This document shows positions 36,990 to 49,559 of a stretch of 64,000 nucleotides of DNA, in pieces. The notes under the pieces were generated by a model. It was not told where the DNA came from. It was given only the letters and a program-made list of their open reading frames with translations, and did not search any database. The translations under genes and the position numbers were made by a program. The stretch is from Eledone cirrhosa (Eukaryota), in NCBI GenBank assembly GCA_964016885.1, contig OZ024742.1, positions 294,500,001 through 294,564,000 of the forward strand, given 5' to 3'. The number at the start of each line of letters is the position of its first letter. Positions within the stretch are counted from its first letter, which is position 1.

Positions 36990-38319
36990 TCATCATCATC
37001 ATCATCATCAACGTTTAACGTCCGTGTTCCACGCTTGCATGGGTTTGGACGGGGGTAGTCCCACTTGAGGCAAGAGTGATTGTCTTGCTCGCATAGGACT
37101 GTCTGGCAGGTTTTCTACAGTTGGATGCCCTTCCTAACACCAACCACATTTACAGTGTGGGTCTGGGAGGTTTTTACCGTGTTGCCTACACGGCCACATT
37201 ACAGCGTGGACTGTGTGTTTTTTTGTCGTGACACCTACACGATCTCATTTGTTTCGGCCTCGATGGCGCGGCACCAACATAACTTTACATAGAACGGGGT
37301 GGTGTGGATGGGGTGGGGGTGGTGGTGGTGGGACGGGGTGTATTTTGTTAGAGATGCCTACTGGCTGGAGTAGGTTTTACTATATATTTAGGTAAGGCGG
37401 GTCTTCTCTGTTACTGAGTACCGCCAAAGGTCTCGGTCCAGTGACATTGTCTTGGAGAGGTGTAAGTGTGTGATGTCGGAGTTTATCAGCTCGTCCCAGG
37501 TTTTTCTAGGTCTGCCTATTCCGTGACTACCGTCTATCTTTATTGCCCTGCACTTTGTTATACAGCTATCGACTTTCATGCGCATCACGTGTCCATACCA
37601 ACGTAGCCTTCTCTCGAGTAAACAACATCTGATCCCTCTTATCTCTAATTTTTTCCTTAGTTCGTTTATGCTTTGCCGTTCACGTATATTACTGTTACAC
37701 ATCCAGCGGAGCATGCAAGCTTCGTTCCTCTCTAGTCTGCGTATATCCTCTGCACACAATGCCCAGGTCTCACTGCCATGCAGCATTGCTGTTCGTATGC
37801 AGGCATCGTACAACCTGCCTTTCATTTTTAGGGAGAACCCTTTAGCAGCTAATAGTGGTATAAGCTCTCTGAACTTTTTCCAACCAGTTCTGACTCTAGC
37901 TACAGTACTTTCAGAGCACCCTCCCCCACTGCTGATTTTATCGCCCAGGTAACGGAAGCTGTCCACTATTTCTATAGAACCCTCTGCGCAATTGAAAGAG
38001 CTAGTATTTTGTGGGCACTTGCTGCTACTTATTGCACCAGAACACCGGCCACATGTAAAATCTATGTTCTTAGTTAGCTTACCTGTGATCCCACTACATC
38101 TTTTATGCACCCATACTTTGCATTTAGGACATAAAATGGAGTTTCTACCTACGCCTTTCCTACACACCGAGCGCGACCATTTCCCAGAAGGGACCGCCGC
38201 CTTGTTTTCTTTCCTACAAACTAGTACTTTGGTCTTAGCCAGGTTAATTTTAAGTCCTTTTGACTCTAGGCCGTGCTTCCATGTTTGGAATTTCTTCTCT
38301 AGCTCGGCCATTGATTCCG

Positions 38320-38321
<2 letters not shown>
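36990..38321 (-). mobile_element. RTE LINE, 5'-truncated young copy
   Basis: Near-identical to the 3' part of the 42500 copy; (TA)n on both flanks. Confidence 0.95.
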
Positions 38322-38362
<41 letters not shown>

Positions 38363-38744
38363 CTCACATGAATAATACATTGGATGGATTATATATATAT
38401 ATATGTGTGTGTTTGAGTTTAAAGCAAGTAATGACATTTATTTATGTTCTGCATAAGCACTATGTCCTGTAATGTAGAGGTTTGATGAAGGTGTGAAGTA
38501 TATACCATATGTGTTAATAAAGTAATGGTTGATGTCAGTACAAGCATCTGGCCATAGAAATACTGCCTCAAAATATCTTGTCCAACTCATGCCAGCATTG
38601 TAAATGGGCGTTGAAATAATGATGATGATGATGATTAAATTTATAAAATATTCCATTTATCACAGTAAAAAAATAAATTATGGAGATAAAATGACCAAAA
38701 ATAAAAATATGCTTTACTTTTGAAATAATGGAACTGTTTCTGTT

Positions 38745-38951
38745 GACTATGATGATGATATTGATGACAATGATTATGATGATGGTGACGATGATAATGA
38801 TGATTATGATGACAATGACTTTGATGATGGTGACAGTGATGACGACAATGATGATGATGATGATGACAATGATTATGATGATGGTGATGGTGACAACACA
38901 AAGATGACGACGATGATGATGACGACAATGACAACAATGATGATGATGATA
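38745..38951. repeat. (GAT/GAC)n degenerate microsatellite
   Basis: Directly visible. Confidence 0.9.
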
Positions 38952-40541
38952 TTTAAATATTCTTTAAGTAATTTATTTTTCTGAATAAGCACCAAATTTT
39001 ATGATTGCAAATATTTTATGATTAATGCAAAAATTTAGTTTATAAATTCATATACTATAATAACAGATTTTTTTTAGATTTGTTAAATCTGTAAATTTCC
39101 AACATTCATTCACATTTCAAACTAAATATGTTTTCTCCAGCAGATCATCTTTATAAATATTTAAATTCTATATTTTTCTAATCTGTTGAATAATTTTTCT
39201 GCCTAAATAATTAAAAAAAAATGTTTATAAACATGTGATTTACCATGTTTTTGGCGATTGAAAATGTTTTAATAAAATAATCAATATAATGTCGACATTT
39301 GTTGTTTTAATTTGAACATATTGTACCAAACATGAACCTGACTTTGGTTCTATAATACAAAACTGTTTGTTTTAAAATGTTTATATCTATCTAAAAGCCT
39401 TCCATCCAAATTATATGTAAGAGCCTTTGTTATGTTACAAAAAACTAGCTTAACCCTTTAGCATTTTATCCGGTCAGAATTCTCTAAACCTCTTTCTGTT
39501 AAAACCAGCCGTAACTGGCTACTCATAGTGATGTTAAGATATTGTTTTCAAAATAAATAATATCAAAATCTCATAGATTCGATATTATGTGGGATAATTA
39601 TGTGAAATAAAGCTTTTATTGTAAAAATACAATAGTATATATAGAGTAATGTAAATACTAAAAGGTTAATAATGCTTTCTTTATTAACCACAAGGATTTA
39701 CACAAAGTAGACATTAAGGACAGTACAGGACAATGCAGGACAGTACAAATGGGCATTTCTGTGTGTAAAAAAACAAAAATGAGGATGTAACAAAAAAAGA
39801 ACAATGAAAAATTTCCCAATAGAGGGAGACTTCCGAGGACCATCGTGAAGAAAGCCCATTAAAAAAAAGCCACGGTGACCCTGACCACCAGGGCAAGTGC
39901 CCTCTCACAGTTTTCCACCTTCAATTTACAGGCATATACTCGGGCCATTCTAGCCTCTCTCGCCTATCTTTCAACAAAATGCTGGGAAGGGAGCACTTCC
40001 CTCTCTACCCTGATTTTCCTTTTCAAATGAAATTTGAAAAAGTTAATCTGGGCATCAAATAATGAAAGCGTAAATAATATTTCTAAATCCCTACAAAGTT
40101 ATTTGAAAATGGCAGGCAGTGTCTTTTATTAGAAATATGATAACGAAAGGGCTGAAGTGTTTATATTTATCTAAAAATCTTCCATCACATTTTATCTAAG
40201 AACCTCTGTTAAGTTCCAAACAGCAGCTTAATAATAAGAAAGTACTTGTATTACTATATCCCTTTAAATTATTACATATTTTCAGTATTATTTGAAACAC
40301 ATAGACAATGTCTTTCATTTGAAATATGGTAAGGTGAAGGTTAAAATATAAAAATAATTAATGCTGGTGGTTAAGGCAGTGAATTGGTACAATCATTAGA
40401 ATGTTGGATTGGATGCTTTGCAGCATTTGTTTTGGCTCGCTGCTCTCTGAGTTCAAATCCTGCCGAGGTCAACTTTGCCTTTCATCCATTCAAGATCGAT
40501 AAAAAAGTACCAGTCTAGTACTGGGGATGATTCTTCCTCTA

Positions 40542-41432
40542 CGAGGTGTGTCAGAAAAGTTCCAGGACTGATGTCACAAAAGATTTATTTCAAACCCAAA
40601 CTTCACACTAAGAGTTATCTCCTTCAAAGTAATCCCCCTGGAGTATGTAACTGTAATCTTAGCTCTCTGCAGCGATCAAACTTTTTTCTTCATAATTTTA
40701 TATGCATGTCCTCTGTTTCAGGTTGTCAAGCAATGAGCATAGAGCAACGAACAAACTTGAAAACTCCGTCAGAAGTACTGGAATTGCTGCAGCAAGTGTA
40801 TGGAGATGAGACGATGTCACGCTCACGTGTTTTTGAGTGGTTCAAGAGGTTTAAAGAAGGATGCGAGGACGAGGAAGATGACCCCAGGAGCGAAAGGCCC
40901 TCAACAACCAGGACTGAGGTCAACATTGAGCACGTCAGGCAGATGGTGCGTAGCGATCGTTGGCTGACTGTTCGACTGATGGTAAATGAGCTGGGCATGA
41001 ATCGGGACAGCGTCTGGAAGATTCTCATTGAAGATTTGGACATGCGGAAAGTCTGCGCGAAGATGGTTCCAAAACTGCTGAACGATTACCAGAAGGGTCG
41101 ACGCATGCAAGTGTGCCAGGACATCCTGGAGCGTCTTGAAACCGAACCAGACTTACTAGGGACAGTCATCACCGGTGATGAGTCATGGATCTTTGTGTAC
41201 GACCTGGAGGGAACCTGTTTTGAAGACGTGGACATCAAAAAGGCCGTGACGACGGAATTGTGGAGGATCCCGGAAGAATCCTTCCAGGAGTGCATGCAAG
41301 CGTGGCAGAAAAGGATGGAAAAGTGCATTAGACTCTAGGGGGATTACTTTGAAGGAGAAAATACTTAGTGTGAAGTATGGGTTTGAAATAAATCTTGTGA
41401 CATCAGTCCTGGAACTTTTCTGACACACCTTG
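40542..41432 (+). mobile_element. Mariner DNA transposon (irritans-like ends), internally deleted
   Basis: TA TSD, TIR cgaggtgtgtcagaaaagttccaggactga, transposase remnants (VFEWFKRFKEG, KMVPKLL, VITGDESW); middle of the catalytic domain missing. Confidence 0.95.
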
Positions 41433-41945
41433 TATATCTCTTTCTCACTTCCATTCTCACTCTTTATCCTTCTCTGGAAGAAATCTGGTATATTCAGACC
41501 TGGAGAGAGATGGGAGCTGCCAGGTTTAGAAATGACCTAGAAATGTTGTATATCAATGCAGTACCCCTATGACTTCATCAGGAGTTACGAGTTCATACCA
41601 TACCATACAATATATTCATGCTAGTGGTTGATTTGAAAAGTCATTAGAGCATTGTCTTGGTTCTTTGTACTTTGACTTCAAATCCTGCCAAAGTTCACTT
41701 GCTTTTCATCCTTTTAGAGACAATGAAATATACTAATCCAGTGGTTGTCAGCACTCATTCCTCCCAGCTGTCAGATTCTTGATGTTTGACTGGATCAAGC
41801 GAGGGAGGGCCAAGAGGGTGTATGTGTCTGTACACAATCACATGGCCACATAAAATCCCTTAGTGAAAGCATGGTAGTTACTACCAAGTCATACATACTT
41901 GATTGTGAGAGGCAACTGTAATTTAGTTTCACTGCTCTAACAGTT

Positions 41946-42280
41946 CAGTGATAAACTTGGCTGTTATTTACTGCATCAAACATACAACTCATAAGTTTGG
42001 TCTCCATCTTGATCTTGTTGTTACACTCCACCAACAACTTACAGACTAACCACTGATAGGTATGTAAAGAAGCTACAACAACAAAAACAACATCAATAAG
42101 AATATATATGATGTTATTAACAAACATCATTCTCGAATCTTCATTTAGTAACAAGAAATCTTCTAAAAGATTCTACAATGAAATACACATAAATCACGCT
42201 TATTCAGATACTAAGGTATCTGTGATAAGATCACAGCTTAAAATACTCCTAATGAGACTACATGTATGATTACTATATAT
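41946..42280 (-). pseudogene. ACOX3: Inverted partial duplicate of ACOX3 intron end + exon (source about 32086-32425)
   Basis: Reverse [44 protein letters not shown] matches exon 32300; upstream intron also aligns. Confidence 0.93.
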
Positions 42281-42499
42281 GAAATATGAAATGCATGAGT
42301 CCAACTTTGGTGAGATTGGATCTTAGAAGATAGGTTTAAAACAAATTTACACCAATGTTTCACTGTTTCTGTCAACTCTCTACATTTTGTTAGCTCCATA
42401 CTCCACCACAACACGTCTAATGACTACCCCTCCCCCACTCAATATAAAACATATTTGATACTAAAAAGATAAATTTTATATTCAAATAACAAGAACTGT

Positions 42500-45486
42500 A
42501 TTGTGACGGCTACGACGAAATCCATGGAGGCTATGGGTTTGGTACTAGAAATGAGGAAGGCTCCAGAATCCTGGAATTCTGTGATGCAAATAACCTAACT
42601 ATCTGTAACACTAACTTCAAAAAACGAGACAATCACCTGATCACCTACAGATCAGGGAACATACCAGCCAGGTAGATTATATCCTTACCAGAAGACGTGA
42701 CAGAGTGTCTGTTGTAAACACTAAATCCCTCCCCCATGAAGAATGCACCTCCCAACATAGAATGATAATTAGCGACCTCATAGTCAGGACGAGACGTACT
42801 CGACAGCAGAAGAGGACTATCCTCAGGAGAAAAATATGGAAGCTAAAGGACCCCACAGCCAGGAATAAATTTCAAAGCATATTACTTGATGCTTTCGACA
42901 GTAAGGAAGAACATTTAGAGTCGGACAATATAGAGGGAGAGTGGGAATTTCTGAAAGCAAACCTGCTGTTGGCGGCAGACGAAGTCTGTGGCTGGAGCAG
43001 GCCTGTAGGCAGGAGGAGAGTAACATGGTGGTGGAACAGTAAGGTGGAGGGGTCAATTAAGGCCAAAAAGCAGGCTTGGAAAGTATGGCGGGATGGGGGA
43101 AGTAGAGAGGACTATCAAGTGGCCAGGAGGGAAGCTAGGAGACAAGTGTACTTAGCAAGAAGGGAAGCAGAGGAAAGAAAGTTCAAGCATGTTCTACAAC
43201 GCGAGGACCAAAAACGTGAGGTGTTCAGGATTGCTAGGCAATGCGTCAAGGAAAACCGTGATATTGTCGGGGAGAAGTGTGTACTAAACGACGATGGCAC
43301 ACTTGCCATCACCGACGCTGATAAGAAGGTAGCTTGGAAGTGTCACTATGAAAGGCTACTAAATGAGGAGAATAAATGGGAGAAAGACAGTCTCCCCCAT
43401 ATCGACCCAATAGAGGGACCAGCAGTGTTAGTCGAGGGGAGTATAATAAGTAAGGCAATCAAGGATATGAAGACGGGTAAGGTGGCTGGGCCTTCGGAAA
43501 TAGTTGCTGAGATGCTGAAGGCATCTGGCACGGTGGGACACACCATGGTCACCCGCATAGTTAACCAAGTCGTACAGAATGGGGTTGTTCCGAAGGACTG
43601 GCATAGCAGCATCATCGTTAACTGTTATAAGGGTAAAGGAGACGCCCTAGATAGGAGTAACTATAGAGGCATTAAATTAATCGACCAGGTCATGAAGGTC
43701 ACGGAAAAAGTAATAGCGCAACTAATCAGAGAGAGAATTGACCTAGATGAAATGCAGTTCGGGTTTGTGTCAGGCAAAAGTACCACAGACGCTCTTTTCA
43801 TAGTACGACAACTACAGGAGAAGTACCTAGCTAAAGGTAAACCCCTCTACTTAGCTTTTGTCGACTTGGAGAAAGCCTTCGACAGAGTCCCCCGCTCCAT
43901 TATCTGGTGGGCTCTTAGAAAACTAGGCGTTGACGAATGGCTTGTGAGGGCTATACAAGCCATGTATAAAGAAACAGTCAGCAAGGTTAGAATTAACAAC
44001 GAATATAGTGAAGAGTTTAGCGTAAAAGTTGGCGTCCATCAGGGCTCTGTTCTCAGCCCACTACTATTTATTATTGCCCTTCAGGCTATAACAGAGGAGT
44101 TCAAGACAGGCTGCCCATGGGAACTCCTATACGCAGACGACCTGACACTCATAGCGGAATCAATGGCCGAGCTAGAGAAGAAATTCCAAACATGGAAGCA
44201 CGGCCTAGAGTCAAAAGGACTCAAAATTAACCTGGCTAAGACCAAAGTATTAGTTTGTAGGAAAGAAAACAAGGCGGCGGTCCCTTCTGGGAAATGGCCG
44301 TGCTCGGTGTGTAGGAAAGGCGTAGGTAGAAACTCCATTTTATGTCCTAAATGCAAAGTATGGGTGCATAAAAGATGTAGTGGGATCACAGGTAAGCTAA
44401 CTAAGAACATAGATTTTACATGTGGCCGGTGCTCTGGTGCAATAAGTAGCAGCAAGTGCCCACAAAATACTAGCTCTTTCAATTGCGCAGAGGGTTCTAT
44501 AGAAATAGTGGACAGCTTCCGTTACCTGGGCGATAAAATCAGCAGTGGGGGAGGGTGCTCTGAAAGTACTGTAGCTAGAGTCAGAACTGGTTGGAAAAAG
44601 TTCAGAGAGCTTATACCACTATTAGCTGCTAAAGGGTTCTCACTAAAAATGAAAGGCAGGTTGTACGATGCCTGCATACGAACAGCAATGCTGCATGGCA
44701 GTGAGACCTGGGCATTGTGTGCAGAGGATATACGCAGACTAGAGAGGAACGAAGCTTGCATGCTCCGCTGGATGTGTAACAGTAATATACGTGAACGGCA
44801 AAGCATAAACGAACTAAGGAAAAAATTAGAGATAAGAGGGATCAGATGTTGTTTACTCGAGAGAAGGCTACGTTGGTATGGACACGTGATGCGCATGAAA
44901 GTCGATAGCTGTATAACAAAGTGCAGGGCAATAAAGATAGACGGTAGTCACGGAATAGGCAGACCTAGAAAAACCTGGGACGAGCTGATAAACTCCGACA
45001 TCACACACTTACACCTCTCCAAGACAATGTCACTGGACCGAGACCTTTGGCGGTACTCAGTAACAGAGAAGACCCGCCTTACCTAAATATATAGTAAAAC
45101 CTACTCCAGCCAGTAGGCATCTCTAACAAAATACACCCCGTCCCACCCCCACCACCCCCACCCCATCCACACCACCCCGTTCTATGTAAAGTTATGTTGG
45201 TGCCGCGCCATCGAGGCCGAAACAAATGAGATCGTGTAGGTGTCACGACAAAAAAACACACAGTCCACGCTGTAATGTGGCCGTGTAGGCAACACGGTAA
45301 AAACCTCCCAGACCCACACTGTAAATGTGGTTGGTGTTAGGAAGGGCATCCAACTGTAGAAAACCTGCCAGACAGTCCTATGCGAGCAAGACAATCACTC
45401 TTGCCTCAAGTGGGACTACCCCCGTCCAAACCCATGCAAGCGTGGAACACGGACGTTAAACGTTGATGATGATGATGATGATGATG
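42500..45486 (+). mobile_element. RTE LINE, longest young copy (partial APE + intact 793-aa RT ORF 42705-45086)
   Basis: [41 protein letters not shown]; 1-nt frameshift near 42655; 3'UTR and (TGA)n tail. Confidence 0.97.
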
Positions 45487-45568
45487 TATCAGGTTGTTTA
45501 AGATCTAAAATAGTTATTGTTCATAACACAGTTAACCGCCACTCCCTTGTTAATAGAAGAATCTAGCG

Positions 45569-45911
45569 CAGGGGCGTGCAACAGGCGGCCAGCCAAACCA
45601 GTCAGTGTGGCCCACGATAACTGTTTTTAATTTTTACCTTGTAGGCTTATTTAGAATTTTTTTTCGTAACTGTAATACAATTTTCAGTTAGTTGACCTAT
45701 AGTAAAGGGCTTCACTGATAGGGTTTTGTGTGTTATAATTTCCCAGTTCCATGTTATGGAAAGAAGTTGTGGTGAATCTTTGGAATAGTGCTTAATAAAT
45801 ATTAATGGCCCTAATAGTTGTTCCAATGTTAAAAAATGGCCCGCCAATGTTGCACACTCCAGACCCATGCTAGCGTGGAAAATGGATGTTAAACGATGAT
45901 GATGACCCCTG
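45569..45911. mobile_element. hAT (Charlie/Buster-like) MITE
   Basis: CAGGGG...CCCCTG ends, 8-bp TSD atctagcg/atctagag (NTCTAGAN type). Confidence 0.85.
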
Positions 45912-47329
45912 ATCTAGAGAGTATGAATTGCTAAATACTCCCTTTATGAATACAGTCTGATAACACAGAAACGAAAATAATATGATACTTGGTTACCTCC
46001 ATGAATAGAATAATTAAAATCCTTCAAAATAATGGATTCTGATTTAGGCACAAGGCCAGCAATTTTTTTTGGGGGGGGAAATATGATTAAATTGACCCTA
46101 GTGTGTAACTAGAACTTTATTTTATTGACCTCATAAAGCTGAAAGGCAAAGCTAACCTCAGTGGGATTTGAACTTAGAGCATAAAGGGCCAGAACAAATA
46201 CTGTGGTGCACATGTCCGACGCTCTACCGACTCTGCCAATCCACTGCTATAAAATCCTTCAAAATAAGTAAAAATCAAAAGAGAAAGCAAAAGAACCCCA
46301 TAACAACATTACACAATCAAACCATTTAACAAATGATTAAGTTATAGAGATGGGTCACATTCAGACAATGGTGTGAGGTGAGGGGCTACTTGGGTGCTTC
46401 GAAATAGTAATACAAACATTGATCCCACCAAGATGTTACAATTGTTTCCTTGTGGAGCATGCAATCCATGTTCAGAATCACTGGTTTTGTATTGTGGAAC
46501 AAGGGTGGTTTCAGGTTGTTTGATATCAAAAGGGTTAACAAAATGTTCCTGTATAAAATTATGATGGAAGGTTTTTAGATAAATATATAATATAATCCTT
46601 GCTAGCAAGGGAAACAGGTGTTAAATAATGATGATGATGATGATAAACACTGTGGCAGTGGGTGTCGCTGGCCGTTATCTGTGGAAATGCTTTTGCGGTT
46701 TTGCCCTAGGCCCAGAACCCATCACCCTCTCCCCTTCACCTTCCTTTTCTTCTATGGCCCTAGAGTCCGTATTTTCCCTTCCTTTTCGTCTCATTTATGG
46801 TATTTATAGTCCTTTCCTCTAGTTTCCCATACAGCTAGATCTGCCCTTCTTTACCCATTTCCCTTTTTCTCATTACTTGGTTTTGCTTTTATCTCTAAAA
46901 TAAGTAACTTTCTATTGTAGAGCCCTGGGTGGTTACAACAGGGTTTTGGTATCAGAAGAGTTAAAGAAATAAACCACAAGATAGGAAGACCTCTACCCTC
47001 CTGCCTTACTTGCTACTGCCTAATCTCAAATTACTCGAGTGTCTAATTCTATATTTGTTAAAGCTAATTTCATTCCAATGCCGTATTTGGATCAAAGGTC
47101 TCCTCGGTTGTTGCTAAGCATTTGAAAAGAGAGATTGAAATAAAGTCAGTTTTCTGTCAAGTTAAGTAGGTGGCCAATATAAGTGAGGTTATCAATATAC
47201 AATAACCAATGACAACAGCTGATATCAAATAGCAGTAGGTCTCCATAATTAACCACTAAAGACATTATACTAGCAACTAGAAACCTCCTTTAACAATCTC
47301 ATTTACTCTCTACTCTTTCCTTTCTATAG

Positions 47330-47496
47330 ATTTCCTTCAGTGAAGTACATAAAGAATTCAAATGAGTAAATTGGTGACCATTCAACCTTTGATCAATGAA
47401 CAACACTGGATGATTTGTTACCAAAACTGATAGTAAACATAGTTATTGGTTCTTGGTTATGTATGGTCAGACATTCTGTGTTTCAGGATTGCCAAG
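47330..47496 (+). other. Putative 5'-UTR exon of gene 2
   Basis: Long pyrimidine tract then ctatag acceptor, strong aag|gtaagg donor; stops in all three frames. Confidence 0.45.
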
Positions 47497-47552
47497 GTAA
47501 GGCCATGTTTTTGATGTTCTATAAATATATTCCAATATTTTGTGGATGTAAA

Positions 47553-47586
<34 letters not shown>

Positions 47587-47623
47587 GTGTTTATTCTACA
47601 TATCAGCAAGGAAGATATAAAAA

Positions 47624-47658
47624 TGTGTGTGTCTGTGTTTGTGTGTCTGGATGTGTGT

Positions 47659-47733
<75 letters not shown>

Positions 47734-47757
47734 TGTGTCTGTGTTTGTGTGTCTGGA

Positions 47758-47821
<64 letters not shown>

Positions 47822-47851
47822 TGTGTCTGTGTTTGTGTGTCTGGATGTGTG

Positions 47852-47909
<58 letters not shown>

Positions 47910-47934
47910 CTTGTGTCTGCGTTTGTGTGTCTGG

Positions 47935-48011
<77 letters not shown>

Positions 48012-48047
48012 TGTGTTTGTGTGTGTGCCTGTGTTTGTGTGTGTGTA
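47624..48047. repeat. (GT)n with higher-order unit gcttgtgtctgtgtttgtgtgtctggat
   Basis: Interrupting motif recurs about 4 times. Confidence 0.95.
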
Positions 48048-48474
48048 TTAAATTACATGTAAATTCTAGGGTATGTTTATATAAATGAAAAAAAACAAAA
48101 CAAAACCAAATGAAATTTACAGCTCCCATCAATGTAAGTTTAGCTGGTCCATTACGAGGTTCTATTTTATAGGCAGTTTCTCGTGTGCTTTAATAACAGG
48201 AGGCACCTGTCCTATCCTAAAAGCAATGTGAGATGAAACATATTGCTCAAGAACACAATATGTCACCTGATTGATACTATCATGAGTCCAACACTTTAAC
48301 CCCCAGGCCATGTGTTTTCACATGTTTCTACATAAGCACCATCATCATTTGACATCCACTCATCAATGCTGGTATGGGTTGGACAGGTCATTACAAACAA
48401 AATCAGTACTTATTCACTGCTAATGTCGTCCTAGATTGGTCAACATTTAGAACATATACATCATCATTATTCTA

Positions 48475-48653
48475 GTGGATTGGCAGTATCGGTAGAGGGT
48501 CGAACGCCATGCTTTGCAGCAAAGAGTTACGGCCCTTTATGGTCTGAGTTCAAATCCCGCCGAGGTTAACTTTGCCTTTCATCCGGGGTCGATAAAATAA
48601 AGTACCAGTAATACACTGGGATAATTGCTGGCCTTGTGCCAAAAGTAGAAACA
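48475..48653 (+). mobile_element. SINE family B
   Basis: Full copy with TSD attattcta. Confidence 0.88.
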
Positions 48654-49037
48654 ATTATTCTATGTACTATACATGCACCTTTGATGAATTATTGTGCACC
48701 TGAGCACTGTACACAATAATTTCATTATTATTATTATTATTATATCATCATCATCACCGTCGTCGTCGTCGACACCGTCATCATCATCATCATCCATTTA
48801 ACATTTACTTTTCCATGCTTTGTATCTGTACAGAAATAGTACTGGGATTAACTGAAGCTGTAAACATGTCTTGTTTGTGTACAGGTTAAATCCTGTACTG
48901 TATCTGTACAAATACAAATTTATAGTATAGTTCAGATACTGAGAATACAATTTAATAACCAAATATTTTGTTCTTAGAAGTCAACCGTTCTGTGATTTCA
49001 AACAACTTTGTAGGAAACACCTTTTTTTCTTTTATAG

Positions 49038-49559
49038 CTGAGAGAAGGTTTTGACAAAGTTGACAGCCAACAAAGGGACAAGATGATGGAGGTGGAACTA
49101 AAAGGAAAAGGAACAGACAAAACTCCTGGATTTAAGGAAAATTTCTTCCAAAACGAAATCAGTTTATTAGACAGTAATGGGAACATTCATGTTCGAAATC
49201 TGCCATATTATTTCGAAACATATTGGCAAGAACGTCCATTGGTTTTAAACACATCTACTGACCAACTTGGATCAGGGGACCCTGATGGAACCAAACCTTC
49301 CAGATATGGGGATTCGCTTGGATTGCATGTGAAGCCTGGGGTATCAAGGGGGCAGTCATATTACAGTGAATGGGATTCTGGTGTTCCTGAGAAAACCAAC
49401 TGTAGCAGAAATATTAAGAGTGCTTCAGCCAATTCTGAGAAGACCAACCAATCTAGAAATATAATGTCTGCTACTGCCAGTAGAACTCAATACATGTCAT
49501 CACAGAAAATGTCAAGTCACGATACATTTTTAAATTACCTTGTGAGGAACATGGGTCAT
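49038..49559 (+). CDS. Gene 2 large exon (MMEVELKGKG...NLPYYFETYWQERPL...RNMGH)
   Basis: ttttatag acceptor, 522 nt open, cat|gtaagt donor. Confidence 0.8.

Noticed and set aside
42705-45086. Autonomous, active LINE
   Set aside because: The RT ORF is intact, but the copy lacks the 5'UTR and the N-terminal part of the endonuclease and has a frameshift near 42655.
46651-46940. Possible solo LTR (TGT...ACA)
   Set aside because: No matching TSD, no convincing terminal inverted repeat and no second copy in the window.
47415-48132. (CV)n and (HT)n ORFs
   Set aside because: Artefacts of the (GT)n microsatellite.
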